From Candidatus Pacearchaeota archaeon (GTDB taxonomy: Archaea > Nanobdellota > Nanobdellia > UBA10117 > JAFCGI01): a DNA stretch of 64,000 nucleotides. A program made the translations under genes and the position numbers. Positions 9,800 through 19,320 of this stretch are shown in pieces. Position 1 is the stretch's first letter, and every line of letters starts with the position of its first letter. Below the pieces are notes generated by a model. The model did no database searches. It was not told the DNA's origin and saw nothing but the letters and a program-made list of their open reading frames with translations. The stretch covers positions 46,930 to 110,929 of the forward strand of contig JAFCGI010000005.1 of assembly GCA_017608235.1 (NCBI GenBank), in the 5' to 3' direction.

Positions 9800-12700
9800 A
9801 TGGGCAATCGATTAAAAAGAGCTGGATATGTTTTAGGAAGCGGTACTTTAGGTCTTGCTGCATTAATTGTGGCTGCTAAAGCTACTGCTGAAGGTCAGTT
9901 TTTAATTACTGGACAAAGTGTAGATTATCATCTTGGTAATATGTATCATAATTTTCAAAGCGCGCTTAATAGTGTTTATAATTGGTTAATAAGTGACAAT
10001 CATAGTCTTGATAGAATTGGTAGAGATTATGATGGAAAGACTCCTTGGAATAGAACTGAAAATTCTGAGCAGATTACTGAAACAAAACCTGATGTTCGAT
10101 CAAATCCTAATGAATATATTGTTGAAAGGGAAATAAAAACTGATAGATCATTAGTGATGCATCATAATGGTGAAGGTAGTTCTTTAACATTTGATCCTGA
10201 TCAAGGGTCTCAGGAAACCTATATTCCTAGAGAACAATTTATTTCTAAAATCCAAGTAGGCATTGGAGACTATGCAACAGGGCAAGAAGGTACTGGTCAT
10301 TACAAAGGAGAACTTCTTGCTGGAGATGCTAATGGTGATGGTAAATATGATCTTGAAATCGCAAATGGTGAAACCAAGACTGTTTGGGAAATTAGAAACC
10401 ATTCTGAAGTTAATGATGATTTAGAAGGAAAAATATTCGAAAATAAAGAAGATGCTGTTGGTGCAGTTGAGTCTACTGCTGTTACAGGTCCTGCAGAAAA
10501 AGAATATACTTTCTGGGAAAGATTTAATGGAGCAGGCGGAAATATAGGATTTGGTGGAGCATTCATAAAGAATCTTGGTTTAAGATTAGCTGGATCTTGG
10601 GGTATGTTTATTGGATTAGTAGGATTACAATATAAACTTCACAAGAGCAAAAAAGAATGGAAGAAAAAAACTTACATAAATGATACTCTGGAATATATAG
10701 CTAAAGATCTAAAAAATCGGGCAGAAATGATTGGAATAAATATTCCATCTTCAAACCAAAGAATATCAGATAAAGAATTAGAACTTTGTATTGCTATTGT
10801 AGATGATGGTGATCAAATAGAAACTTCTACAAACCAATCATTAGAGCAAGAAGTTCAAAAAATTCCTAAAATTCAAGAAATTCAACAAATTTTATCCAAA
10901 GATAAATTAAACAGAGCAAAAATGAATGAATTAACAAAGCTTTCTGAAGATGCTAGTCTGCCTGTAGAAGGATTAAAAAGAAATGACTTGTTAGAACAAC
11001 TTCGTATATATTATCGTCGTATATATTATCGTTATGATGATCCAGAAGAATCGCAAATAGAAACTCAAAATGTTGCTCAAAATGTTGAGCAAGAAAAATT
11101 AAATAAAGAAATTAGAGAATTAGTTGTTAAAGAATTAAGTGATTTAAGAATTGGAGCACTTAAAGATATTCTTAAAACATTAAGAGAAGAATATGCTAGT
11201 AATGTTTCCATACCTTATGTATATTCAGAAGAAGAAGCTAATGCAGATGTCCATGCAAGTATTATAGATGCAATAAGGAAAGGAATCTATTCTGAAGATT
11301 TCAAAACAGATATTAAAAAACGAAAAGCGTTAATTAATAGCTTTGAAGCTAAAACATTTACAATTGAGGACGTAGAAAAAAATCTTAATAACAAAAATCT
11401 TAGTAAATATGAACTTAAGAAATTAGAAAAATTAATAAATAAAAAAATTAATGCTAAAGAACTCAATATTGATTACTGGCATTCTATAAGAACTAATAAT
11501 ATTAGAAAATTAATTAGAGAGCATAATTTAAGTGATGAAGAAATAGTGGAATATTTGAATATTTCAAAAGATTATGTTGGTTCTGATATACTTAATGATC
11601 TTAGAGATGAAGTAGAAAGAGAAAAATTTGAAGAAGATATGATTGCTCCACTTATTAAAATATATCCTGATATCGCTGCAGAATTAGGATATGAGCTTAT
11701 AGATAAAGAACTTTCAGATGGTTATGGATCTATATCTAATGATCCTCATTTAATTGGAGGCTATTATTGGAAAAAATTCATAGAATGGGATATGGATACT
11801 CTTAATGAGAAATTAAACATAGCAAAAAAAATCTTTAAACAAATTAACAAACACACAGATATTCAATCAATTAAAACTATACTTAGACAAAATGGTGGAT
11901 TTGAATTATTGGTTGATATAGTTAATGAGATGAGAGAAGAACTATCTAATTCAAAAAAAAATGAATTAATAAAGCGTTCCGAAGAATTGGGATTGCCTAC
12001 AAAGAATAAAAAACATAAAGAATTGATAGAACAACTTTATAACTATTATAATTATGACAAATTAGAATCAACAATACCGGCAGAACAACCTACTCAGGCT
12101 ATTACTCAATCCCAACCAGAAGTATCTATAGAACAACCTACTCGACCATATAAAGTCGTAAAACGTGAAATTAAAGAAAAAATAAGAAACTTAAGATCAG
12201 AAAAGAAAAATATAGAAAGACTATTACGTGATAAAGAAAAGCAAATCAAGGAATATCATGCTTCAAATAATAAATCATATGCAGATTCATTTTTAAGAGA
12301 TGCTACGAATGTACGCCAATCTTATACAGTCCAAATACAAGAAAAAAATATAAAAATTGAATCTCTAAAATATCAATTGCAAAAAGCAAAAAAGAATAAG
12401 AAAAAAAATCAAACTGATCAGCAAGTATCATCACAAAATGAATCAGTACAAACTCCTGATCAACCAGAACAAGAAGCTTCTAGTAGGGTAGCTATCTCTT
12501 ATACTAACTTATCAGCAGAAGAGTCTATAACTAGTTCTGATAGCTCAAGCTTAGTAGATGAGGTTGATCAAAAAATTCCTGACTTAGATAATAGTGATGG
12601 TGATCAAAAAGAAACTCAAGAAACTAGCTACCAAGAGAATATTGAAGATAATGGTTATGAAACCCAGCCACAAATAGAAACTCAAGAAACTAGCTACCAA

Positions 12701-12883
12701 GAGAATATTGAAGATAATGGTTATGAAACCCAGCCACAAATAGAAACTCAAGAAACTAGCTACCAAGAAGATACTGAAGATACTCAAGCTAGTACTCAAT
12801 CCCAACCACAAATAGAAACTCAAGAAACTAGCTACCAAGAAGATACTGAAGATAATGAATGGAGCTTCCTGCTAACACTTTAA
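9800..12883 (+). CDS. Large (1027 aa) secreted or membrane-anchored coiled-coil protein with SAP/HeH-like motifs and C-terminal acidic tandem repeats
   Basis: N-terminal hydrophobic segment GSGTLGLAALIVAAKATAEG. Motifs LPVEGLKRNDLLEQLRIYY and LGLPTKNKKHKELIEQLYNYY. C-terminal ETQETSYQENIEDNGYETQPQI repeated about four times. Confidence 0.5.
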   Translation: MGNRLKRAGYVLGSGTLGLAALIVAAKATAEGQFLITGQSVDYHLGNMYHNFQSALNSVYNWLISDNHSLDRIGRDYDGKTPWNRTENSEQITETKPDVRSNPNEYIVEREIKTDRSLVMHHNGEGSSLTFDPDQGSQETYIPREQFISKIQVGIGDYATGQEGTGHYKGELLAGDANGDGKYDLEIANGETKTVWEIRNHSEVNDDLEGKIFENKEDAVGAVESTAVTGPAEKEYTFWERFNGAGGNIGFGGAFIKNLGLRLAGSWGMFIGLVGLQYKLHKSKKEWKKKTYINDTLEYIAKDLKNRAEMIGINIPSSNQRISDKELELCIAIVDDGDQIETSTNQSLEQEVQKIPKIQEIQQILSKDKLNRAKMNELTKLSEDASLPVEGLKRNDLLEQLRIYYRRIYYRYDDPEESQIETQNVAQNVEQEKLNKEIRELVVKELSDLRIGALKDILKTLREEYASNVSIPYVYSEEEANADVHASIIDAIRKGIYSEDFKTDIKKRKALINSFEAKTFTIEDVEKNLNNKNLSKYELKKLEKLINKKINAKELNIDYWHSIRTNNIRKLIREHNLSDEEIVEYLNISKDYVGSDILNDLRDEVEREKFEEDMIAPLIKIYPDIAAELGYELIDKELSDGYGSISNDPHLIGGYYWKKFIEWDMDTLNEKLNIAKKIFKQINKHTDIQSIKTILRQNGGFELLVDIVNEMREELSNSKKNELIKRSEELGLPTKNKKHKELIEQLYNYYNYDKLESTIPAEQPTQAITQSQPEVSIEQPTRPYKVVKREIKEKIRNLRSEKKNIERLLRDKEKQIKEYHASNNKSYADSFLRDATNVRQSYTVQIQEKNIKIESLKYQLQKAKKNKKKNQTDQQVSSQNESVQTPDQPEQEASSRVAISYTNLSAEESITSSDSSSLVDEVDQKIPDLDNSDGDQKETQETSYQENIEDNGYETQPQIETQETSYQENIEDNGYETQPQIETQETSYQEDTEDTQASTQSQPQIETQETSYQEDTEDNEWSFLLTL
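12611..12870 (+). repeat. Intragenic tandem repeat of 66 nt, about 4 copies (last two diverged to 72 nt), encoding ETQETSYQE(N/D)... units
   Basis: Direct reading: gaaactcaagaaactagctaccaagagaatattgaagataatggttatgaaacccagccacaaata repeated. Confidence 0.85.
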
Positions 12884-13290
12884 TATAGAAGAGCAATATA
12901 ACTTGATAGTGTGGTTATCTGATAAAGAAGATATGGCTGAAAAATAAAATCTAAAATGAATATCTCTGATAAGTATTTAGAATGTGTTAAAATTTATTTT
13001 AAGGGGATGATGATACTGAATATCTATTATCACATAGGTCAAAATATGTTTTTCTGAACCTTCACAAGAAGATATTGCTGAACTTATTGAGGGATATGTT
13101 AAAAAAGGATTAAATATTGATCAGGCGGTCATTATATTTAAAGACATACCAAAAGGAGTTATCCAGAAGAGATTAAATAAAAGTCGTGATTTTGGTGGAG
13201 ATATTAAAGTAATTCCTATAGATTCAAAATAAGAAAATTATATTTCAGTAAAACAACAAATATAAAAACTTAGATTTCTATTTTAAGTTT

Positions 13291-14571
13291 ATGGCTGCAA
13301 ACTTTAGCAAAATAGATAATGTTCTTAATAAGAAATTTGATAAAAAGAAAGTTAAGATTCGTGGCTGGGTTTATAGGAAGCGAACTTTGAAAGATAAAAT
13401 TTTCCTAGTGATTAGGGACTCTAGTGATATTATCCAAGTTCTGGCTTCTAAAGGATCTAAGGCCTGGAAAGATGCCCAAAAGATTACTATTGAAAGCTCT
13501 CTTGAGCTAGAGGGCAAGTTGAGAGAAGATAAAAGAGCTCCAACTGGATTTGAGATTAATGCTACTAAAATAAACATAGTAGGACTTGCTGAAGATTTTC
13601 CTATAGCTAGAGACACCAGTCCTGAATTCTTAATGGATGTAAGACATTTGGCTATTAGATCTAGAAAGCTAAGTGCGGTTTTTAGAATAAGAAGTAAGAT
13701 TTTTTACTTGCTTCATAGATATATGCATGAACATGGATTCTATGAGATGGATCCACCAATGTTAAGTTCTGCTGGAAGTGAGGGCGGAGCTGAAATGTTT
13801 AAGCTTAAGTATTTTGATACCAAGACTGCAGTGCTTAATCAAAGCTGGCAGTTTTATGCTGAGGCTTTTGCTAATGTTTTAGAAAAGGTATATTGTATAG
13901 CTCCAAGTTTTAGGGCTGAAAAATCTAAAACTGCAAGGCATGTAACAGAGTATTGGCATTTTGAAGTTGAAGCAGCTTGGATGAAGATGAATGATATGAT
14001 GAAACTAGCTGAGGATATTATCTCATATGTATGCTTAAATATTGTAAAAGAAAATAAAAAAGACTTAGATATTCTTGGCAAGGATCCTAAAGAGCTTCTA
14101 AATATAAAAGCACCATTTCCAAGAATAACTTATAAAGAAGCTGCTAAAAAGCTTAAAATAAAGTATGGAAATGATTTTGGAATTAAAGAAGAGCGGGCTT
14201 TGATGAAAGCTTATAAGAAACCTTTATTTATAACTCATTATCCAAGTAGTTTAATGCATTTCTATAAGAAACGGGATCCTAAAAATCCTAAAGTATGTTT
14301 AAATTTTAATATGATTTCTCCATTTGTGGGAGATGAGATTATAGATGGGTCTGAAAGGGAGTCTGACTTAAATAAAATTATTGAAATCTTAAAAAAAGAA
14401 GGGAAAGATCCAAAACAGGTAGACTGGTATCTTGATTCTAGAAGATATGGTGCTGTACCTCATTCTGGATTTGGATTAGGAATAGCTAGGTTGATAATGT
14501 GGATCTGCGGCTTAGATCATATTAGAGATACAATTCCTTTCCCAAGAACTGTTAATAGGATTAGTCCTTAA
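13291..14571 (+). CDS. asnS: Asparaginyl-tRNA synthetase (class II)
   Basis: FRAEKSKTARHVTEYWHFEVEAAWM, DWYLDSRRYGAVPHSGFGLGIARL and the C-terminal FPRT all match archaeal AsnRS rather than AspRS. Confidence 0.8.
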   Translation: MAANFSKIDNVLNKKFDKKKVKIRGWVYRKRTLKDKIFLVIRDSSDIIQVLASKGSKAWKDAQKITIESSLELEGKLREDKRAPTGFEINATKINIVGLAEDFPIARDTSPEFLMDVRHLAIRSRKLSAVFRIRSKIFYLLHRYMHEHGFYEMDPPMLSSAGSEGGAEMFKLKYFDTKTAVLNQSWQFYAEAFANVLEKVYCIAPSFRAEKSKTARHVTEYWHFEVEAAWMKMNDMMKLAEDIISYVCLNIVKENKKDLDILGKDPKELLNIKAPFPRITYKEAAKKLKIKYGNDFGIKEERALMKAYKKPLFITHYPSSLMHFYKKRDPKNPKVCLNFNMISPFVGDEIIDGSERESDLNKIIEILKKEGKDPKQVDWYLDSRRYGAVPHSGFGLGIARLIMWICGLDHIRDTIPFPRTVNRISP

Positions 14572-14643
14572 AGTAATTAATCCTTAAAATAAAAGAATCT
14601 TCTAAAGATAATCTTTTTAAATCAATAAAAAGCAGTAGTTAAT

Positions 14644-14717
14644 GGGCCTGTAGCATAATCTGGATAGTGCGGGCGGCTTCGGACCGTTTGATGCGGGTTC
14701 AAATCCTGTCAGGCCCT
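14644..14717 (+). tRNA. tRNA-Arg (anticodon TCG)
   Basis: Acceptor GGGCCTG/CAGGCCC; D-arm GCAT..GTGC; anticodon loop CTTCGGA; T-arm GCGGG-TTCAAAT-CCTGT. Folded by eye. Confidence 0.7.
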
Positions 14718-14720
14718 TTT

Positions 14721-14874
14721 GCTCCTGTAGTCTAGTCCGGTCTCTTATCTCGAGACATTCGAGATTTGACGGAAAAGGATACCAGCCTCTCGAGCAACCT
14801 TTCTTAGAAAGAAAGCTTGACCAAAGAAAGTGCAGAGAAAGCTGGGGACGCGGGTTCAAATCCCGCCGGGAGCA
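14721..14874 (+). tRNA. tRNA-Glu (anticodon CTC). The precursor is about 154 nt, apparently with two introns: one in the D-loop (about 33 nt including the palindromic hairpin ATCTCGAGACATTCGAGAT) and one at the anticodon loop (about 46 nt)
   Basis: Acceptor GCTCCTG/CGGGAGC+A. D-arm begins GTCTAGTCCGG as in archaeal tRNA-Glu. Anticodon stem CCAGC...GCTGG with loop CTCTCG(A). T-arm GCGGG-TTCAAAT-CCCGC. Confidence 0.55.
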
Positions 14875-14971
14875 CTTATATTTCTCTTAAATTAATAGAA
14901 AAAAGTGATAAGGACTCATTAGTAGTCAGTTCCGCTTTTAAGGCTTCTCTGCGCATATTATACTGATAACC

Positions 14972-15271
14972 ATGGTAGACGGAGAAGTTCCGTATGCTAA
15001 GATGTTAAACTTAGTATATGCACAATATAAAGGAATAATGGATCGTACCCATCTAGATAGTTGGCTAAGCTACCAGATAAAACTAGCTGGTGGAGAAATC
15101 AGAGAGTATGAAGGAAGGCGTATGGTATATTTGAACGGATCTAGGCAAACCTTCTTAGAAAATCTAGAAAGTAATAGCACAATGCAGATGGGAAAAAGCA
15201 GAACTAGATTCCTTATGGCTAATATGAATACATTGCTAAGTATCTTAGACGGAAATACAATGAATACCTAG
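14972..15271 (+). CDS. Hypothetical 99-aa protein (weak call), flanked by imperfect 14-nt direct repeats
   Basis: ORF only, no recognisable motif. Local GC is slightly higher than the surroundings. Confidence 0.2.
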   Translation: MVDGEVPYAKMLNLVYAQYKGIMDRTHLDSWLSYQIKLAGGEIREYEGRRMVYLNGSRQTFLENLESNSTMQMGKSRTRFLMANMNTLLSILDGNTMNT

Positions 15272-15612
15272 CTAGTTTTCTTTTTTTTTCTTTTTTCTAA
15301 TTAAAATTAGATACAAATTTTCTGAGAAGAGATATATAAAATAATCTTAGTACCATAAAGTTATAGGTTTTGTTTAAAAATGCAGAAATCTAGTTATCTG
15401 ATAAAATGAAGACAAATACAAAAGCAAGCAAATGAGACCATTACCCTGCTGCTGATGCAGCATCCTTTGAGACCTAGGGTACCCTGGTCTCTTGTTTGTC
15501 TTTAAGGCTTTTCTTTGTCTTTGGTATCTTTTATCTTTTAAATTTTATTCTTGCATGCGATAAGTATTTTTTCCTAAGTATTTGCTTATTTATTCTGTTT
15601 TGTTAGTTTCTA

Positions 15613-16095
15613 TTATGGCTTGTGATTTTCTAAAATACTATCTAATTCTTCTATGTTTCCAGAATCAAAAATATATACTGCAGGATGGGTGTGTATCTTC
15701 ATAATATATGCTATGCCCTTTTCTTTCTCTGTATCATATATACCAAAAGCAAGCCCATTCCTGGTACTAGCTATAATTGTTTGGTTCTCAGTAGTATATT
15801 TTTTACAGATTTTATCTAACAGTTCTTTAGTTTCATCTACATTTGGCTGTGCTAAGCTAGTAGTTATTATTTTAGCAAGACAAATACTATAATTTTCTTC
15901 CAGATCTATTATACCTGTATTAAATTCCATATCTTTCTGCCTTATTTTATTATTCAAGTTATTTACATAATCAGAAATAATATCTTTAAATAAAGGAAAT
16001 AATAAAGAATATTCCCACATAGTAGGGGGATCTGGCATTTCACCATTCCATATCACATTAGTTAATACATCTTTAAACATCATTATTAATTTCAC
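15613..16095 (-). CDS. Hypothetical protein (160 aa)
   Basis: Clean ORF with an upstream AT-rich spacer; no recognisable motif. Confidence 0.4.
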   Translation of the reverse strand: MKLIMMFKDVLTNVIWNGEMPDPPTMWEYSLLFPLFKDIISDYVNNLNNKIRQKDMEFNTGIIDLEENYSICLAKIITTSLAQPNVDETKELLDKICKKYTTENQTIIASTRNGLAFGIYDTEKEKGIAYIMKIHTHPAVYIFDSGNIEELDSILENHKP

Positions 16096-16151
16096 CTCTC
16101 TTCTTTAAGATATCCATAATATTTAAAAATTTTTCCAATAAAAGTAATAGA

Positions 16152-17504
16152 CTATTTTTTATTTTTATAGAAATTATATGCTTCATATAAACCTAGTCCA
16201 GCTAACAATAATATTGAGCCTGCAATTATAGCCGTAAATTCTAAATGGAATATAAAATATATGTTAAGGATTATTCCTAAGAAAGCAATTACTGAAAAAC
16301 TCCCAATATTTAATGGAACTTTGAATGCACGCTTTACTTTTGGTTTTTTGTATCTTAATGCTATCAATGATGCATTAACTAAAATAAATGTTACAAAAAT
16401 TGCAAAATCAGTCATTGATGCTATTAAAGTTATATCGTCAATTAATATAAATAATGATGTTAAGATAAACATTAAAGCTACTGCTAAGTGTGGAGTTCTT
16501 CTTGTTTTATGTACCAAAGCAAGTTTTTCTGGAAGAGCTTTCATGTCTGCCATTCCATATATAATTCTAGAGGTTGCAATAAGAATTATCAAAACTGTAT
16601 TAGTTGTAGAAAATAAAGCTATAGCACTAAGCATTAAGAATCCTTGAGAGCCCATTGCAATTTTTGCTACATCTGCTAAAGGTGCTGGGGATGCTGCTAA
16701 TGCCTGCCAGTTCATTATACTTACTGCAGAGATAGCTACTAAGATATAGATAATTGTAGACACTATAATTGAAATAATTAATGCTTTAGGCAGAATTTCT
16801 CTTGGTTTCTTAGTTTCTTCTGCTAGTTTTACTATATCTTCAAACCCAATGAATGCAAAGAATATTAATGAAGTTGCTCCTAGCACTCCAACAAATCCTG
16901 TTGGTGGAAGTTCAAAATAATCTATTGTCCCAATATATTTCATACCCATTGCAATAATTATTAGAAGTCCGCCTGCTTCTATTAATGTGAACACAATATT
17001 AAACCAAGCTGATTCTTTTATGCCCCAATAACTAAGCAAGGATAATACAAATATGAGTGTTATTGCTGCTGGAATCTGGGGAGTATGAAACAATGCTGAG
17101 AAATATCCTGCAAACCCTAAAGCTACTGCTGCAGAACTTACTACTCCTGCTATAATCAGAAGCCAACCAACTATAAACGCAAGACGTTTGTTAAATGCAT
17201 TTTCTGCATAAGCGTACTCAGAAGCATCTTTTGGAAACATTGAACTTAGTTCTGCATAACTAAGTCCTGTAAATGCTGCAATAATTGCTGCTAGCGCAAA
17301 AGAAACCCAAACCATAGGTCCTCCTATGCCAGCAGCTTTTCCTATTAAAGCATAAATTCCTGCTCCTAAAATTACACCAATACCATAGAAAGTACACTCT
17401 AATAATCCTAGTTCTCGTTTAAGTTTATGTTTTTTCTTTGGAATCAATTCTAATTTAAGTTTCTTAGTTAGATTTGGTGCGGTCATTATTTTTAAGAAAA
17501 ACAT
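16152..17504 (-). CDS. APC-family amino acid permease
   Basis: About 12 TM helices. The N-terminal GIGVILGAGIYALIGKAAG is typical of APC transporters. The true start is probably the internal Met at about 17486. Confidence 0.8.
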   Translation of the reverse strand: MFFLKIMTAPNLTKKLKLELIPKKKHKLKRELGLLECTFYGIGVILGAGIYALIGKAAGIGGPMVWVSFALAAIIAAFTGLSYAELSSMFPKDASEYAYAENAFNKRLAFIVGWLLIIAGVVSSAAVALGFAGYFSALFHTPQIPAAITLIFVLSLLSYWGIKESAWFNIVFTLIEAGGLLIIIAMGMKYIGTIDYFELPPTGFVGVLGATSLIFFAFIGFEDIVKLAEETKKPREILPKALIISIIVSTIIYILVAISAVSIMNWQALAASPAPLADVAKIAMGSQGFLMLSAIALFSTTNTVLIILIATSRIIYGMADMKALPEKLALVHKTRRTPHLAVALMFILTSLFILIDDITLIASMTDFAIFVTFILVNASLIALRYKKPKVKRAFKVPLNIGSFSVIAFLGIILNIYFIFHLEFTAIIAGSILLLAGLGLYEAYNFYKNKK

Positions 17505-17579
17505 TGGAGTATTTAAGAGTTGCGGGATTCTTCTCAGGAAAGACTTTCCAAACTAAAAGTTAATTATAGTATTTCTACT

Positions 17580-19037
17580 TTATTCTGAAGGAAGTCTCTC
17601 AAAAATTGTTTTATAGTCTTTTCCTAATTTAGTCATTTTTTTAACATAGCTAAAGTAAATTAGTGCACCAAATAACATTATAGCTAAAGACTGTATTGTA
17701 GCCATATTCAATAAAGACTTACCTGATGTGAAGTCAAAGTACACTAAAGATAATAAAAGCAATGATGAAAAAATTATGGTAAGTATTGAAACTATTATTT
17801 GGGCAAACCTATTTTTCATAAAAGAGATTTTATTAAAGATTTCTGGATTTTTTGATTTAATAATTATAAGCGATGCTGCCATCATAATATAAACTATAAA
17901 TCTTGACATTACTACAACATTTATCTCCGTGAAAAATCCGCCTAATGCACTTTCTATTGCTACTAAAGACGCTACAACAGCTACAGCAGTTAGAGAATGA
18001 ATTGGGACCTTGTACTTATTGGTTTTAACAAAGAATTTTGGAATAATATTGTCTTTTGCCCAGCTATAAAATAGTCTTGACTTGGTATATAACATTGGCG
18101 GGATGTCGTTTGCTAAGGCAATAAACACAAAGACAGTTATAAACAATGCAAAGCTTTGAGGCAAAAGATGTCCAATAAGTTCTGGAACATTAAGCCCTGA
18201 TTTTCCAACTATATATTGCCATGGTACTGCATGATAGAATGAGAATGAATACAAAAGATAATATAACATCACAATTAAAGATGAAAAGATAAATGCTTTT
18301 GGAAGATTTTTCTTTGGATTTTTTATTTCTCCTCCCGCCTGAGATATTGAAGTGAAACCTATATAAGCCCAAAACAAAATAGCTATTGCTTGAAAGAACA
18401 ACATAAAAGAACTGGCTTGTTGAATACTCTGAATTGCTGGTTGGGATTGAAATGTTGCTTGAAGTGAATTAAGGAAATCTGCTTGGCTATGGCTCAAGCC
18501 AACATAAATAATGAGTGCTCCTCCTGCAAACATAATTGTTGCCAAAGCTACAACAGTTCTTGCGAAAGAGATAACTCCAAAATAATTTACAACCCAAAAA
18601 ATCCATATAATAAGCAAGGAAAAAAGAATTGTGCCTTGGGGGGTGCTCAAGAAATTTTCTAACCTGGTAAAGTTTGCATAATGTGCCATTGTGGATGCTA
18701 TTATTGTATCCATATAAGCTATGGTTCCTAAAGCAATTACGCTCCCTGACCATTTTAAAAATGCTGCAATAAATCCAAGAAAAGGAGAAAGCCCTCTAGA
18801 TATATAAATATAGCCTCCTCCTGCCCTTGGCATTGCTGTGCTTAGAGATGCATAGAGCAATGCTATAACAAGAGCAATAAGTCCACCACAAAGAATAGCT
18901 AAAGGAACAAGACTTCCTATGCCTTTCAGCTCATTTTGAATTTCTACGAGTAAAACATTAATTCCTCCACCAATAACGCTGCTTAATGCAGCAGCAATCA
19001 CTGCAATTAATGGAAGTTGTCTAGATAACTTAGCCAT
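17580..19037 (-). CDS. APC-family amino acid permease, second paralog
   Basis: MAKLSRQLPLIAVIAAALSSVIGGGINVLLVEI..., polytopic membrane protein. Start placed at the internal Met (MAKLSR) rather than the ORF-track start at 19142. Confidence 0.8.
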   Translation of the reverse strand: MAKLSRQLPLIAVIAAALSSVIGGGINVLLVEIQNELKGIGSLVPLAILCGGLIALVIALLYASLSTAMPRAGGGYIYISRGLSPFLGFIAAFLKWSGSVIALGTIAYMDTIIASTMAHYANFTRLENFLSTPQGTILFSLLIIWIFWVVNYFGVISFARTVVALATIMFAGGALIIYVGLSHSQADFLNSLQATFQSQPAIQSIQQASSFMLFFQAIAILFWAYIGFTSISQAGGEIKNPKKNLPKAFIFSSLIVMLYYLLYSFSFYHAVPWQYIVGKSGLNVPELIGHLLPQSFALFITVFVFIALANDIPPMLYTKSRLFYSWAKDNIIPKFFVKTNKYKVPIHSLTAVAVVASLVAIESALGGFFTEINVVVMSRFIVYIMMAASLIIIKSKNPEIFNKISFMKNRFAQIIVSILTIIFSSLLLLSLVYFDFTSGKSLLNMATIQSLAIMLFGALIYFSYVKKMTKLGKDYKTIFERLPSE

Positions 19038-19118
19038 TCTAAAAGAATTAATGAGTACTTCAATATTAAAATGTTTATTTTCTCTGAACAGTAAGATATT
19101 TATTTGAATATAAACAAA

Positions 19119-19205
19119 TCTTTCAAACTTAAATTCTTTCAAACTTAAATTCTTTCAAACTTAAACTCTTTCAAACTTAAACTCTTTCAAACTTAAACTC
19201 TTTTA
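19119..19205. repeat. Intergenic tandem repeat, 17-nt unit x5 (tctttcaaacttaaa[t/c]t)
   Basis: Direct reading of the sequence between the permease start and the tRNA. Confidence 0.85.
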
Positions 19206-19320
19206 AGACACTTTTAGAATCTAAAAAGAAAGAAAATACTGATTATTATAAACTAGATAACATTTTTTAAAGCCTGTTCAAAGAAAACCTTTAAAAACAT
19301 AAACAATGAAGATAAATCAT

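Noticed and set aside
12584-12838. 84-aa minus-strand ORF
   Set aside because: Antisense reading of the tandem repeat array inside the large surface protein gene.
14617-14859. 80-aa minus-strand ORF
   Set aside because: Entirely overlaps the tRNA-Arg and tRNA-Glu genes; artefact of the GC-rich tRNA sequence.
19119-19205. Tandem repeats here and at 43479..43588 considered as CRISPR arrays
   Set aside because: Units are 17 and 22 nt with no unique spacers of CRISPR length (variable parts 0-6 nt). No cas1/cas2 nearby; the Cas4-like genes are stand-alone.
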